Shown here in pieces: positions 33,401 to 45,109 of a stretch of 64,000 nucleotides of DNA. This stretch comes from Minutocellus sp. GHC0000111. Its lineage: Eukaryota. The DNA is taken from positions 3,782,001-3,846,000 of the forward strand of contig OZ361258.1 in assembly GCA_977018835.1 (NCBI GenBank). Reading direction: 5' to 3'. The position numbers and the translations under genes were made by a program. The notes under the pieces are model-generated. The model was not told the origin of the DNA. It made no database searches and saw only the letters and a list, made by a program, of their open reading frames with translations. Position 1 is the stretch's first letter. Each line of letters begins with the position of its first letter.

Positions 33401-34124
33401 CGGCGCTATCCATTCCCATGATCCGGCCGATGTAGGTCTTTTGGAGGGGACATTCTGCCGAAACGGCCTGGCAGAGGAGGGCGGTGAGAAAGGATTCGAC
33501 GGTCGACATGGCATTGTCGTCGCTGTTCTGGACAATGGCTACAATATCCTCCTCGTCAATGGCACCGTCAGTGATGGCCATGATATGCTTCCACACGGAA
33601 TCGACGTCGCTGCCGGCGGACGATTCTCCATCGTTGCCATTATCATCCTCGTGACCGTACAATTCCTTGACGGCCTCGAGGAGAGCTCTGTTTTGGATTA
33701 GAATATGATGCCATTGTATGTAGATGAAAGGTGAGAATGGCACAGAATTCTCGATAAAATCTCAAAGAAGCCAAAAGAACGGCAAAAGCAACAACACTCA
33801 CGCTACCACCTCCCGATCGCCAAAGTTGCACCCCATAGTGTCATCGTTAGCATCAAGATGATCCTCCAGGACAGGAAACGTCCGTAGCCAGCAAAGCAGG
33901 GCCGAGCAGTTGGGCGTCATGTTTCTCGAATTTTGGTCGTTGGTCTCGCCGTCGTCCTCGTCTCCTTCACCGGACGAGGTGGAGCTATCGGCGTCGGAAG
34001 AATCGCAATCGCTGGGACTCTCGTCGTCGGTACCGGTAGTCGGCATATGCTCCTCGCTGGTGCTTTCGTCTACTGTGCCAGCGGGAGGCGGTGCCTCGGC
34101 GCCGCCGTCGCCTTGGGAGTCCAT
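30420..34124 (-). CDS. Hook-family coiled-coil dynein adaptor-like protein; three exons (introns 33801-33688 and 32184-32086)
   Basis: Hook-domain-like segments (LLCWLRTFP; AECPLQKTYIGRIMGMD..EQMSLMKII), ELDALRDEVDVL, and SELNP..MAEMESLRNDN across the splice junction. Both GT-AG introns keep the frame. Confidence 0.75.
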
Positions 34125-34285
34125 GGTTCGCTTGACTTGTGGGGTTTTGTCGTGTCGTTGATCTGAAATCCGCGGTATGGTTTTTGCGGGAATAGCGAAA
34201 GACGTTCTATCTGGTTTTCCACGCGCGAAGCACCAGAGCCCATGCGAAAACAGTTGAGCTCTATGGTTCACCAGGACATTACAAT

Positions 34286-35620
34286 GTGTTCGAATCGCTC
34301 ATGTCCGGTCGAGACATTTACAGCGTCGAGGATGACTGTCCTCCGCCTGATGACGCAAGGAGAAAGATATTCCAAGCCCAGCTCATCAAGGACTGGGCCA
34401 TGGCGTACCGCTTGAAGAAAATTGTAGACTCTTGTCCTCCTCAGGATATTTTTCTCGTATTGGCCGGCAAGGCTCACCTGACGCATTATCATGGTGTGCC
34501 CGAAGTTTACTCTTGGCTGCAACGGGCAGACGGGAAGGACATTGATCCGGGTGATCAATTACTGGTCTGTGCACAAATGATGTACGAGTGTGATTTGGAT
34601 GAACGAAGCGATAAGGAAGATGACGATGTGGCCGAACGAACCATTTTGGCTAGCGAGGTTGTTCGAGGATCGTTGTTTGGCGAAGGATCTGGCGGTAGCT
34701 TCGAGAAACCCGTGGCTGATGTCTTGTACGTTTACGATGAAGAAGATTGGAGCGATGACGAAGACGAAGACGATGATAATAGCGATAGCGATGCCTCTGA
34801 TGCAGTAAAGAAGGAAACAATCGAGGCATACGAGAAAGTAGGATCGACTGCCGCAACTCCAGGAAATGTTCGCAAGGCTCGGGCGATTTTGACGTACTTG
34901 GGCTACACAGAAGAAGAGCAAGCAGTCATCGGAGATCAAGATATTTACAACTATCAAGGCGTGGGCAATCCGTTTCCACTTGCAGCCATCAAGAAGGGTG
35001 AGCACGTAATTGATTTGGGGAGTGGTCTTGGCATTGATTCATTTGTCGCATCACATTATTGCGGATCCGATGGAAAAGTTCTAGGCATCGATATTGCCAA
35101 GAAGGAAGTAAAGCATGCCAATTCGAGGGCTGAAGACAGAGGGGCTTCTTCCTTTGTTTCATTCCAGCATGGAGACATCGAAAAGCTCACTGATGTCGAA
35201 TCCGATTCCTTCGATGTTGCCATTTCCAACGGAGCGTTCTGTCTAGCTCCTAGCAAAGAAAAGGCTTTTGCGAGCGTCTATCGAGTCCTCAAGCCTGGCG
35301 GAAGAATGGCCATCTGCACAACGACTGTGCGGAAGGATCTTGATGTGGAAACGCAGTGGCCTCTGTGCATGAAAATGTTTATCCACCTCGACAAGATCAA
35401 ACCCATTTGCGAGGCCCTTGGTTTCAAGAATGTCAAGGTCGATCTTGGCGATGCAGATCTGGAGTTTGAGCTAGAAGGCGTAACCGAGGAAGATTTTGAC
35501 GATGCTAACGACACGAGTGGGAGAGAAAGGATCCATGTAGGGAGCTCAGAATTCAAACACTTGGAAGGTTATGACATGAATGATTTGTGCGCACGCGTCG
35601 TTGTGTATGGAGAAAAGTAG
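34286..35620 (+). CDS. Partial ChaN-like domain fused to an ArsM/UbiE-like SAM methyltransferase; 5' end apparently missing
   Basis: IFQAQLIKDWAMA...LVLAGKAH...GVPE resembles the ChaN C-terminal half; YQGVGNPF, VIDLGSGLGID, SFDVAISN and VYRVLKPGG mark the methyltransferase. Confidence 0.75.
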   Translation: MFESLMSGRDIYSVEDDCPPPDDARRKIFQAQLIKDWAMAYRLKKIVDSCPPQDIFLVLAGKAHLTHYHGVPEVYSWLQRADGKDIDPGDQLLVCAQMMYECDLDERSDKEDDDVAERTILASEVVRGSLFGEGSGGSFEKPVADVLYVYDEEDWSDDEDEDDDNSDSDASDAVKKETIEAYEKVGSTAATPGNVRKARAILTYLGYTEEEQAVIGDQDIYNYQGVGNPFPLAAIKKGEHVIDLGSGLGIDSFVASHYCGSDGKVLGIDIAKKEVKHANSRAEDRGASSFVSFQHGDIEKLTDVESDSFDVAISNGAFCLAPSKEKAFASVYRVLKPGGRMAICTTTVRKDLDVETQWPLCMKMFIHLDKIKPICEALGFKNVKVDLGDADLEFELEGVTEEDFDDANDTSGRERIHVGSSEFKHLEGYDMNDLCARVVVYGEK

Positions 35621-35725
35621 ATAGAAATAGAATGGTAGAGAAGAAGAACAAGAGCCAAGATTGATATACAACTGACTATCTAACAAAAAATGAACTATAT
35701 ACAAAACTACTTGGCACAGGCGCTA

Positions 35726-36973
35726 CTACAAAACTCGGAGCTCAACACCCTCCTCCCCATACGTTGCCTTGTACTCATCGTAGAGCTTTCTCAGGCTATC
35801 CAAATACAGTTTGTGATTCTTATCCACTGCTGCCCTATCCGATCCGTTGGTGTCCTCGAAACGAATAGGCTTGCCGACAACAATGGTGACTCCTTGTCGG
35901 CGCGGGACAAAATTGGTAAGAATGGGCAAAGAGAAAGTCATTTTCTTCTGAAGGCTCTTTTGTGCTGCATGAATCGACTTGCGCAATGGGTCCACAACGG
36001 AATGGGTTGACTCGGAATCTAACGGGTCCTTGCTCTGTGCCATCATGGCCGTACCAAAGATTGAGTTCTCACCGAATCCCAGACACGGAACGACGCAACA
36101 GCCGGTTTCCATTGCCATCTTGACAAAGCCCTTGCGATTGCTCAGATACAAATCAAAGCATCCTGGGTGTGCATGGAGGGCTTCGCTGGCGCCGCCTGGT
36201 ACCAGCATGATGGATTTTCCACTCTTCAATCGTTCAATAATGTTGCGTTTGCTTGCCACGATGAAGCCAATCATTTGCAGCCACTCTCGATAGAATGGAA
36301 CCATGAACGTGGCCTTGAGTGTCGTACCGGATCGATCAATACCGGGAAACACGTCCTCAAACGCACATCCATTGGTACAGAGACCAGTCGCGTATCCCAT
36401 GCTGATCACACCGTGCGGATGATACGCAAACAGATAGCTCTGACTGGGATCCAACTCGGCCGTCTTGATCAAAAGCATCCGAAAGTACTTGGCCGTCCAT
36501 CGGATGGTGAACTCACTCCTCATGAATTTCTTCCAATTCTTGGGAATAAAAGAAGCGATTGTGGAGTCGTATCCAGCAAGAGGCGAATAGGCAAACTGGT
36601 ACGCCAATAGGAGCGTTCTTAGCCACATCGGTGCAAAGTAGAGGATGACAAAGTATGCGGTGATGCACACGGCCATCATGTGAAGGATGGCATTGAGACA
36701 ACGCAGGACTCGGATGAGTGGATTGGATGATTCTGTTTCGGCACGCTGACGAGTGCCTCCGTTGGCGGTTGCGGCGCTGCCACCAGCGGCTTCTGACTTT
36801 TCGTTGTTGGTAGAACGACACATGGTAATTATGCTTGTTGATGGATTGTTGCCGTCGTCTATAGGATGGCTTTGGCTCGACGAGGTCTTCTTTTGTGTCT
36901 CAGTAGTAATCATCGTGGGCATGAGTGACTGAGCGAGGATGGCGAGGAGGCGAGGCCGATGAAAGATTTTCAT
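35726..36973 (-). CDS. DGAT2: Diacylglycerol acyltransferase type 2
   Basis: YF, YHPHG, VPGGASEAL, RKGFVKMA, VVPCLGFGEN, VVGKPI and H..Y...L..LY motifs. Confidence 0.9.
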   Translation of the reverse strand: MKIFHRPRLLAILAQSLMPTMITTETQKKTSSSQSHPIDDGNNPSTSIITMCRSTNNEKSEAAGGSAATANGGTRQRAETESSNPLIRVLRCLNAILHMMAVCITAYFVILYFAPMWLRTLLLAYQFAYSPLAGYDSTIASFIPKNWKKFMRSEFTIRWTAKYFRMLLIKTAELDPSQSYLFAYHPHGVISMGYATGLCTNGCAFEDVFPGIDRSGTTLKATFMVPFYREWLQMIGFIVASKRNIIERLKSGKSIMLVPGGASEALHAHPGCFDLYLSNRKGFVKMAMETGCCVVPCLGFGENSIFGTAMMAQSKDPLDSESTHSVVDPLRKSIHAAQKSLQKKMTFSLPILTNFVPRRQGVTIVVGKPIRFEDTNGSDRAAVDKNHKLYLDSLRKLYDEYKATYGEEGVELRVL

Positions 36974-37059
36974 GGTTCGGGTCTGGCTTGCGGCTTGCTC
37001 GGCTCGCGGCTGGAAATGGTATCTGGAACCACTAAATAATTTTTCTAAGACCACTAAGC

Positions 37060-37245
37060 TGGTCCGGAGAATAGCCAAATTTTGGCAAAAAAAGAGACAA
37101 CTGCGAAATTCCAACTTTTCACTGGGTGTCGCCCGCGAAGATTTTTTTTAGAAGTCTGTTTCCTGCCAATATTTGGCAAGAAAGATCGAAATAAACGCTC
37201 TTTTCGCCGGTGTTTCTTGCCAGTTTTTGGCTATTCTCCGCACCA
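37060..37245. repeat. About 30-bp imperfect inverted repeats bounding a 185-bp segment (MITE-like)
   Basis: GGTCCGGAGAATAGCCAAATTTTGGCAA (37061) versus TTGCCAGTTTTTGGCTATTCTCCGCACC (ends 37244); internal hairpin TGCCAATATTTGGCA. Confidence 0.55.
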
Positions 37246-37524
37246 AAGCACTCAAAACCTCCAAAGAAACACATTTCTCCGTTTGTACGATTACGTGGCA
37301 CCGGAAAGGGCTTATGATCATGGAGCCGCATGACGTGGCACAATAGAGAGGGCTGGTGTATTCCTCCGCTCGGACATAATTCGGTCTCGAATTGATCTCG
37401 GCGGAAATGTTTTGCCGTTTCGCCGCTCTGAGCAAAACCGGAAGCGTCTGACTCTGTCAATTGTTGCCCCAGCTCAGCTCATAAATTCGCCGCAATCAAA
37501 TGAACCAACCCAATCATCCCAAGC

Positions 37525-38388
37525 ATGTTCCGTCCGCGATCTACCATGAGTACCTCCTCTTCCCCAACACTCATCAACACCGCTCCCAGGCAAACCACCG
37601 CTGCCACTGCTGCCATCGTCGCTGCTTCGGGCGGCGGCATCGGCGGGAGGCTCATTTGTCCAGATAGAACATCCAATGCCCAAATTTCTCCGAGCGAAGC
37701 CTCAAGAGACCGAATCCTCAAGATGTGCCGTCTCCTTGAAAACAGGAAGCGTAGGGCTCTGTCCAACGAAGAGGCTCAGGCGCTGACAGAACGAATCGAG
37801 ACCATCCTCTACAAATCCTCCGCCAACGGCACAGACGCCCTCGACAGGGTCAAGTCGATCCTCGCCGAGCGACAACAGCACCGACAGCAGCAAAAGAAGC
37901 TCTCCACAGCTTCTGCCACCAGCACCAACACCGACACCAACACCGACGAGAATCAGATGAGCCCGCTCGAAGACATTCTCGGCACCAAGAGAATGACCGA
38001 GATTGAACAGCTGGTATCAGAGATTAACACTATTCGTTCTGGTACATCATGGGCCGGAATCATCCGTGCATCCCTCACCCTCGGCACCTCAAGTGCCGGA
38101 ACTTCCACCTCCCTGGCGCGCAAGATGCCCAAAGAAGTGCATGCCATCTACTTTCGCACTCGGCTCATGTCTGCCTACACAAATATCAAGAATCAAGCAG
38201 CAAACCCATCGTTTGATGCCAGACGAGTTGACATTTACAACTGGTCCGAGCTCATCGACGAGGCCAAGACAAATATTGCCGCCTATCATGCCCTCGAGGA
38301 CACCCACAAGAGCATCATCGCCGAAACTCCCGTCGTTTGCATGGGTGGCCTTTGCTCTCGCGTAGCACCGTCCCCTCGTGCGGCATGA
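37525..38388 (+). CDS. Hypothetical protein
   Basis: 287-aa ATG-initiated ORF with coding-like composition; LTERIETILYKSS is weakly KIX-like. Confidence 0.6.
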   Translation: MFRPRSTMSTSSSPTLINTAPRQTTAATAAIVAASGGGIGGRLICPDRTSNAQISPSEASRDRILKMCRLLENRKRRALSNEEAQALTERIETILYKSSANGTDALDRVKSILAERQQHRQQQKKLSTASATSTNTDTNTDENQMSPLEDILGTKRMTEIEQLVSEINTIRSGTSWAGIIRASLTLGTSSAGTSTSLARKMPKEVHAIYFRTRLMSAYTNIKNQAANPSFDARRVDIYNWSELIDEAKTNIAAYHALEDTHKSIIAETPVVCMGGLCSRVAPSPRAA

Positions 38389-39000
38389 GTAAGGCCGGGC
38401 CAAAGATGGAATTTTTAATTTTTCCAAGACACAAACAAACAAATTGCACATACCATGAACACAAAAAACATTTACAAACACATAACATAAGCGAGCTACC
38501 TGTGAAGACGGAAATGAGATAACAACTTTAATTGCCGGTAACAGTAAATTTTGGAAGCAATCAAAACTCTGTACTGTAAACAAGCATCTTATTATTGGTA
38601 GAACTGCTTCTTGCATATTCATCTGATGATCGAAGAAGATACTGACACTGTACTAGGTCTAGCTACGTGGCTACAACGTTGTAGTCTATCAAGTGCCACC
38701 CAGCAAGCCAAGGGGTAATACAACTGACTTTTTCATCATGATCGTGAATAAAGCCCCTTGTCATAGCGACAAGTAGAATAGCCCTTTGCCGCTGCAAGTA
38801 GAAACGATGCTCATCCAGGTCGGCTAGCCTAGAGTAGCCGATACTCTAGCTCGGTACAGATAGCATCTACCGCCCATGGAATGGTCCCACAATTGCTGCA
38901 GTATTCATGATCGAGTTACATACATTTTGCATTTTCGGACGGTATTGACCCTCGCTGTAAACTGAAGAGTGTGATATCAAAACTCTGGCCACCCCAACTC

Positions 39001-39612
39001 TCAATATTGCTTTGACAGACCGGGGGCAACATTGGATACCACGTCATCCTTTCTCTGTAGTATTGTATCCAGTATTCTCTTCAATATACCCGTCTTCTTC
39101 TCCCCAGTCATGCTTCCGGACCTTCCCATCGGCAGGCACTCATCGCTAGTGATCATCGACACAAAGAAACCCAGGGGTACCATCCATACAAATATCAGGA
39201 AGAACCCGAGCATCCCGGTGGCCGATGTTGCCCCTCCTGCCGTCCCCGCGGCCGCAAGGAAGTGGCGAAACCACGAGATGTGATTGGCGATGGTTGCCAC
39301 CAACGCAATTATGGGCACCGGCGATACAGGGTTCTCGAGAATTGGAAACGTTCGCATCAGCGGTAAATAGGCAACATGACACGCCAACCCTATTGCACAC
39401 TTTTGCATTGGAATATCTGAATCGACCACACCCATTACGATGTACATTGCGCAAATTATTTGAATGGAATGCTTGAGGAATTTCCTCGTTATTGCCACGT
39501 TCTCCTCGGCAAGGTCGCAAAGCAGATACAGCAGTGATGCAATGGCAAGCGCGAGGACCAGGATGGCGACCCATCCCGCTACCCATTGTATCAAGGAGAG
39601 AAGAAAGCCCAT
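39001..39612 (-). CDS. SVP26/Erv26/TEX261-family ER-Golgi membrane adaptor
   Basis: LAIASLLYLLCDLAEEN, Y..L..FP, NHISWF and VWMVPLGFFVS...D..LP motifs. Confidence 0.88.
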   Translation of the reverse strand: MGFLLSLIQWVAGWVAILVLALAIASLLYLLCDLAEENVAITRKFLKHSIQIICAMYIVMGVVDSDIPMQKCAIGLACHVAYLPLMRTFPILENPVSPVPIIALVATIANHISWFRHFLAAAGTAGGATSATGMLGFFLIFVWMVPLGFFVSMITSDECLPMGRSGSMTGEKKTGILKRILDTILQRKDDVVSNVAPGLSKQY

Positions 39613-39846
39613 ATTATTTGGAAATTATGCAAACAAAGCTAAAGTGCGAGCGGGAGGGAGAGGGTGGCTGGATGGAGAGGGCGCACCGCACCAGGGCAGT
39701 CAATCAGATGCCTCTCATTTTACTGTCTCCGGGTTCTTCGCCACACTCTGCTGCCTGCCTGCGCCTGCTGCTGCTGGCTGCATGCAGCAGCGGGCATGGG
39801 ACGACTGACTGAACTCACCATAGGAGCACCAAAAAAATCTTACTTA

Positions 39847-40926
39847 TCATCTATTGCTAGCAGATCCTTCCACAGCCGTCAACACGGCCAGTCTCAATCC
39901 GCTTGCCTCGTTCCTAGATCTAGCCTCTCCACCGAACGCAAAAGATGCCTCCACGACATGCTCTTTGCCTCCAGAGCCCGCCGCCATGATTGCTTTGAAA
40001 CAGAATCCCGCCGGACCAATATCTGCAACTAGTGCCTTACTAATCAAGTAGCTCTGTTGGATATCAATACCAAGAGCCTTGCAAACGAGATTTCGCAGAT
40101 CGTTGGCGAATTCCTCTTCATTTAGGAGCCGTTGGATTGTACGAGCTTCCTGTACAAGCTCTGGATCTCCCATGGATTGCGACGATATCCACCACTCTGG
40201 ATATTGAATTACGGGGTATTGCAATTCTTCCAATAATTCAAGAGAATTTTTGGCTTGATCGTCCAGCTCTTCCAAGTTTTCTATTACGCATGCCTCCATG
40301 CTCTCGGTATTCTCAACATTACCACCGGTGTCCTCATTACACTCATGAGGAAATACTACGGGCACCAACACTGACGTACAGTCGGATTGATCGCACATGA
40401 TCGCCTCAATCTCCATATGTTGCCCATCGACGGCATGGACACCGACATGATCTAAACTTTGAATATCAAGGGGCTGATCAGATGGTGCAAAGGCCGCAGC
40501 CAGCCTTGCCAGCGATCCTACCCTTTGTCGATCGTGAGAAATGTGATCTGCAATGATGCCGTGGACGTCTTCGATCGATTGAGGTGATGGCGGGGGTATT
40601 GCATAGGAGGCAAAGGTGGTGGCGCCTCCATGGGTAGTATAAGATTCACTGCCACCACCGCTGGTGCCGATACTGTAGCTGGAGTACGAGGATTCGTAAA
40701 CGGTGGCTTTTGGTTTCTTGGCATTGTGGTTGGGTGCACCATCTTTCTCGTTGCTTTCGTCGTCATCGTCCGCCCAATCAAAAACGATTGCCGTCAAAGG
40801 CGGCCTGTTGCGTATACTCTTACGTAAATACTTGGGAGTAATAAAGGCTGATGCAGTGCATGATAATGGACCGGTCAGCACAAATGCCGCCGATGGAAGT
40901 AGAAGATCAATCAGAGTTCGCATCAT
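39847..40926 (-). CDS. Plastid-targeted protein of unknown function
   Basis: Signal peptide followed by ASA-FITP, the diatom ASAF motif; 359-aa ORF. Confidence 0.7.
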   Translation of the reverse strand: MMRTLIDLLLPSAAFVLTGPLSCTASAFITPKYLRKSIRNRPPLTAIVFDWADDDDESNEKDGAPNHNAKKPKATVYESSYSSYSIGTSGGGSESYTTHGGATTFASYAIPPPSPQSIEDVHGIIADHISHDRQRVGSLARLAAAFAPSDQPLDIQSLDHVGVHAVDGQHMEIEAIMCDQSDCTSVLVPVVFPHECNEDTGGNVENTESMEACVIENLEELDDQAKNSLELLEELQYPVIQYPEWWISSQSMGDPELVQEARTIQRLLNEEEFANDLRNLVCKALGIDIQQSYLISKALVADIGPAGFCFKAIMAAGSGGKEHVVEASFAFGGEARSRNEASGLRLAVLTAVEGSASNR

Positions 40927-41302
40927 GTGATGGGTTGAGTTGTCAACACGAACTTAACTTCTGTTTCTTGGGGCTGACCAGAACGCGGTTCAACAACAAT
41001 CAGATCTCAACAGATTAGGGGGTTTTGATACTGTAGTCTTTGATCGCAGATAAAGGCAGCAATTGGTTCGTTGGCTGGCGCCGATGGACCATCGTTCGGT
41101 TTCTTGACTTCGCATGAATGTGTCTGGCAGGCAGCTGCTCAAATTGCACTCACTGACGACGTGGTCTTTCCGGTGTTCCCTCGCCTTGCCTCATTTTTTC
41201 TTCTCTCGGTATCGATATCGGCCGCTGCTCCCCCACTGCCAGCGCCTGCATAACCACCGAACCGGGCCGGGCCGGATTGTAGAAGATACCACTGCAGCCA
41301 CC

Positions 41303-44300
41303 ATGTCCACCGTAAACGACGAGATTGCGTCTCAGGCGCCCGAGGCCGATGACGCGGAGTCGTACGACGATGACGAGGAGGAAGACTCGGGCTCCGAGGA
41401 GGGATCGGAAGAAGAAAGCAGTGGCGATGAAGATGAGGACGATAGCAGCGACGAGGACGATAGCGACGAGGACGATGACGATGGTGGCGATCGTCAGTCC
41501 GATGCCTCTTCCCAGCTGTCCGACGACGAGGGGTACGACTACCTCGACCCGTACGACGAGGCCAGCCTCCCCCCGTACTCGTGCAGGTATTGCGGCATTC
41601 ACGACCCGGCCTCCGTGGCCAAATGCGTCGAGAGTGGCAAGTGGCTGTGCAACGCCCCGTGCTCCTTCGGCGGCGGGTCGCACTTGGTCAACCACCTCGT
41701 CCGATCCCGCTCCAACCAGGTCCAGCTCCACCCCGAGAGTCCCCTCGGCAACACCGTCCTGGAGTGCTACAACTGCGCCAGCAAGAATGCCTTCGTTCTG
41801 GGCTTCGTCCCCGCCAGCAGTTCCAGTGTGGTCGTCCTGCTGTGTCGGGTGTGCGTCGAGACGGTGCCGGCCCTCAAGGACATGGACTGGGAGCTGTCCC
41901 AGTGGCACCCCCTCGTTCAGGATCGCAAGTTCCTCCCGTGGTTGGTCAAGGTGAGTTGCTTACGAGTATAGTACGGTACCATGCCATGCAGATTAAAAGA
42001 ATGACGACAGATGTGGATACAGCTAGCTAGCACTACTTTCATTTTGCATTTTCAACTGATTGATTGTTATTAACGCCCACATCTCTCTCTCTCTCTTTCA
42101 ACTATATAGGTCCCCGAGGATCGCCACCTGATTCGTGCCTGTGAGATATCGCAGGCCCAAATCAACAAGCTCGAAGAGCTGTGGAAGACGGAGCCCGAGG
42201 CCCGGTACGCCGATCTAGACCGGCCAGAAATTTCCGACGAAACGGAGCTCAATCCCACCCTCCTTCACTATGAAGACGGTTATCACTATCAGAACATCCT
42301 GGCACCGCTGGTCAAGCTGGAGGCCGACTACGACAAGCAGATGAAGGAAAGTTTGACGGAGGAGGGCATCTCGGTGCGATGGGACAAGTCCCTTTCGGGC
42401 AAGAACGTGGCGACCTTCTCCTTCCACGGACGGCACGCCGCCGAGTCCTCGCGCATCATGGTCGGCGACGAGCTCCGTCTCCGACTTGGCCAGGGTGCCG
42501 AATATCTGCATGGCAAACCCTGGGAGGGCGTTGGGTACGTCAAGGACCTTGTCGACGGGGAGATTGAGCTGGAGATGCGCAGCGACGGTCCCGGTCACAA
42601 CATCCCCGCAGAGATCGAGTCGGACTATGCCGTCGAGTACATCTGGAAGTCAACATCGTTCGATCGGATGCAGAATGCCCTCAAGACGTTTGCCATTGAC
42701 GATACCAGTGTCACGGGATACATCTATCACCGCCTTTTGGGCCATCCCGTCGAGGAGCAGAGGATTGCCAATGCCAAGATCCCCACGGCCAATGACAATG
42801 GAGAATTTGCAGCCCCCGGTCTTCCTCCACTGAACGAGAGTCAGCAGGAGGCTGTGAAGCAAGTCCTGCAGCGGCCGCTCAGTCTCATCCAGGGTCCACC
42901 TGGTACGGGCAAGACCGTGACATCTGCAACGCTTGTCTATCATCTGACCAAGCAGGGTATGGGCCAGGTTTTGGTGACTGCACCCAGTAACGTCGCTGTG
43001 GATCAATTGACGGAGAAGATTGCCGCGACCGGATTGCGCGTGGTCCGTCTCGCCTCCAAGACGAGAGAGCAAAGCTCGAGCTCCGTGGATCATCTTTGTT
43101 TGCATATTATGACGCCCCTGGCGGCCGGAGATGAATTCAACAAGCTGCAGCGCCTCAAGGAAGAGGTCGGAGAGCTGAGTGATCGCGATCAGAGGAAGTG
43201 GCGGTCCCTTCGCAGTCGAACGGAGCGGGAGATCTTGCAGGCGGCCGATGTCATTTGTTGCACGTGCGTTGGAGCCGGTGATCCTCGCCTCAAGAACTTC
43301 CGCTTCCGCCAGGTGCTGATCGATGAGGCGACGCAGGCCATCGAGGCGGAGGCTTTGATTCCAGTTTCGCTGGGTGCCAAGCAGGTGGTTTTTGTCGGTG
43401 ATCATTGTCAGTTGGGGCCCGTTGTTATGTGCAAGTCCGCAGCCAAGGCGGGATTGACTCAGAGTATGTTCGAAAGGCTTGTGCTCATCGGCAACCGTCC
43501 CATCCGTCTTCAGGTGCAGTACCGCATGCATCCATCTCTGTCGGAGTTCCCCAGCAACATGTTTTACGAGGGAAGTTTGCAGAACGGTGTGACTGAGTCC
43601 GATCGGCTGCTCCTGAACGAGCCGAATTACAAGGGCAAGGAAGACTTTCCCTGGCCTGTCCCCTCCAAACCCATGTTCTTTTATTCGATCCAGGGCATGG
43701 AAGAGATTTCGGCGTCGGGCACTTCGTATCTGAATCGTACCGAGGCATCGTACGTCGAGAAGGTGGTGACGCATCTTCTTCGCATGGGTGTCACCCCACA
43801 GCAGATTGGTGTCGTCACTCCTTACGACGGTCAGAAAAAGTATATCACGGAGTCTATGCGCCGTTCCGGGGCCTTGGCATCTAGTTTGTACGAGGCCATC
43901 GAAGTGGCATCGGTGGATGCCTTCCAGGGTCGTGAGAAGGACTTCATTCTTGTGTCCTGTGTCCGTTCCAGCGAATCTCAGGGCATTGGCTTCTTGTCTG
44001 ATCCCCGTCGATTGAATGTTGCTCTGACACGTGCTCGTCTCGGTCTGATTTTGTTCGGGAACCCCCGTGTGCTCAGCAAGAATGCACTGTGGGCTGCTCT
44101 GCTCCTTCACTTCAAAGAGAGCGATACGCTCGTCGAAGGACCCCTGAACAACCTTCAGTCCAGCTACATGACCTTTGCACGTCCCCGTCGCAATCCTGTT
44201 GGAGATTCGCGTTATGCATTTACGGCTCTTGCCCGCGGCGCTTGGGACGGTAGGTGGGAAGAAAGACCCGGGCGTCACAACAACTCGACCGCCTTCCGCA

Positions 44301-44566
44301 ACGGAGGCCGTCGTGGAGGCCGCCGGGAGAAGCAGACCGATAGTCGTTACGATTCTCGGTATGCCGTCCCCATGTATGACGATGGCGGAGGGAGTTTGCC
44401 CATCCCTAACTTTGCTCCACTCCCAAGCTACGCCGGTGGTGACGATGCGAGCAGTGTTGGCGGCGATAGCAGCATGTATGGAGGTGCGTACGATTATGGT
44501 AATGACATGCGCAGTCAGGCCGATACTCTTTCGGTTGCGGGTACCATTGATTCGAGGAGGTACTAG
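41303..44566 (+). CDS. UPF1: Regulator of nonsense transcripts 1 (UPF1 RNA helicase); intron 41951-42109
   Basis: CH domain CRYCGIH...KWLCN...HLVRS...[43 protein letters not shown] and RLNVALTRA. The intron joins WLVK to VP. Confidence 0.97.
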
Positions 44567-45109
44567 TAGCTAGCTTCGTAGGCGTAGACGTTGAAGAATG
44601 GTTGAAATACAAGCCCACTTGTACAATTGTACATCGCAGCAGCACCAGCGGCTGTGGACCTTGCTGCTGGACTAGTCGATGAGCCTTGAGCGTAAGACGG
44701 GGCGAAATGATTTTCTTGGCTTTAGCGGACGTCTCCGTCGTACAGGTACAAGAGAAGCAAAATCAGATCGTCTACACCACGATCGATAAGAGACCATACT
44801 GAGCATCAGATCAACACCTAGCTACCTAGCTAGTAGGACACCAGGCGTGTTGGTGATGCTTTCACCCGCTGGAATTCAACAAATACCGACCTTCGCTGGC
44901 GACGTTCCGTGACAGACATGCCTCAGTTGCTGACATCTGCATTGGTAGCAGGGCGTACTGGCTAGCTAGTACTGGCTAATCACACTTACGCATGTAGATC
45001 TACACTCGCCAGTTCTCAGTACCTAGCTAGGCCTACACGTATCTGCATACCGGTAGACAGCATGTTAAAGAAAAATAAAAAACAAAATCTAACTCTAGTC
45101 GATATTTAT

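Noticed and set aside
42650..44278. 542-aa ORF antisense to UPF1, and many similar antisense ORFs
   Set aside because: Shadow of a codon-biased sense gene; no recognisable motifs.
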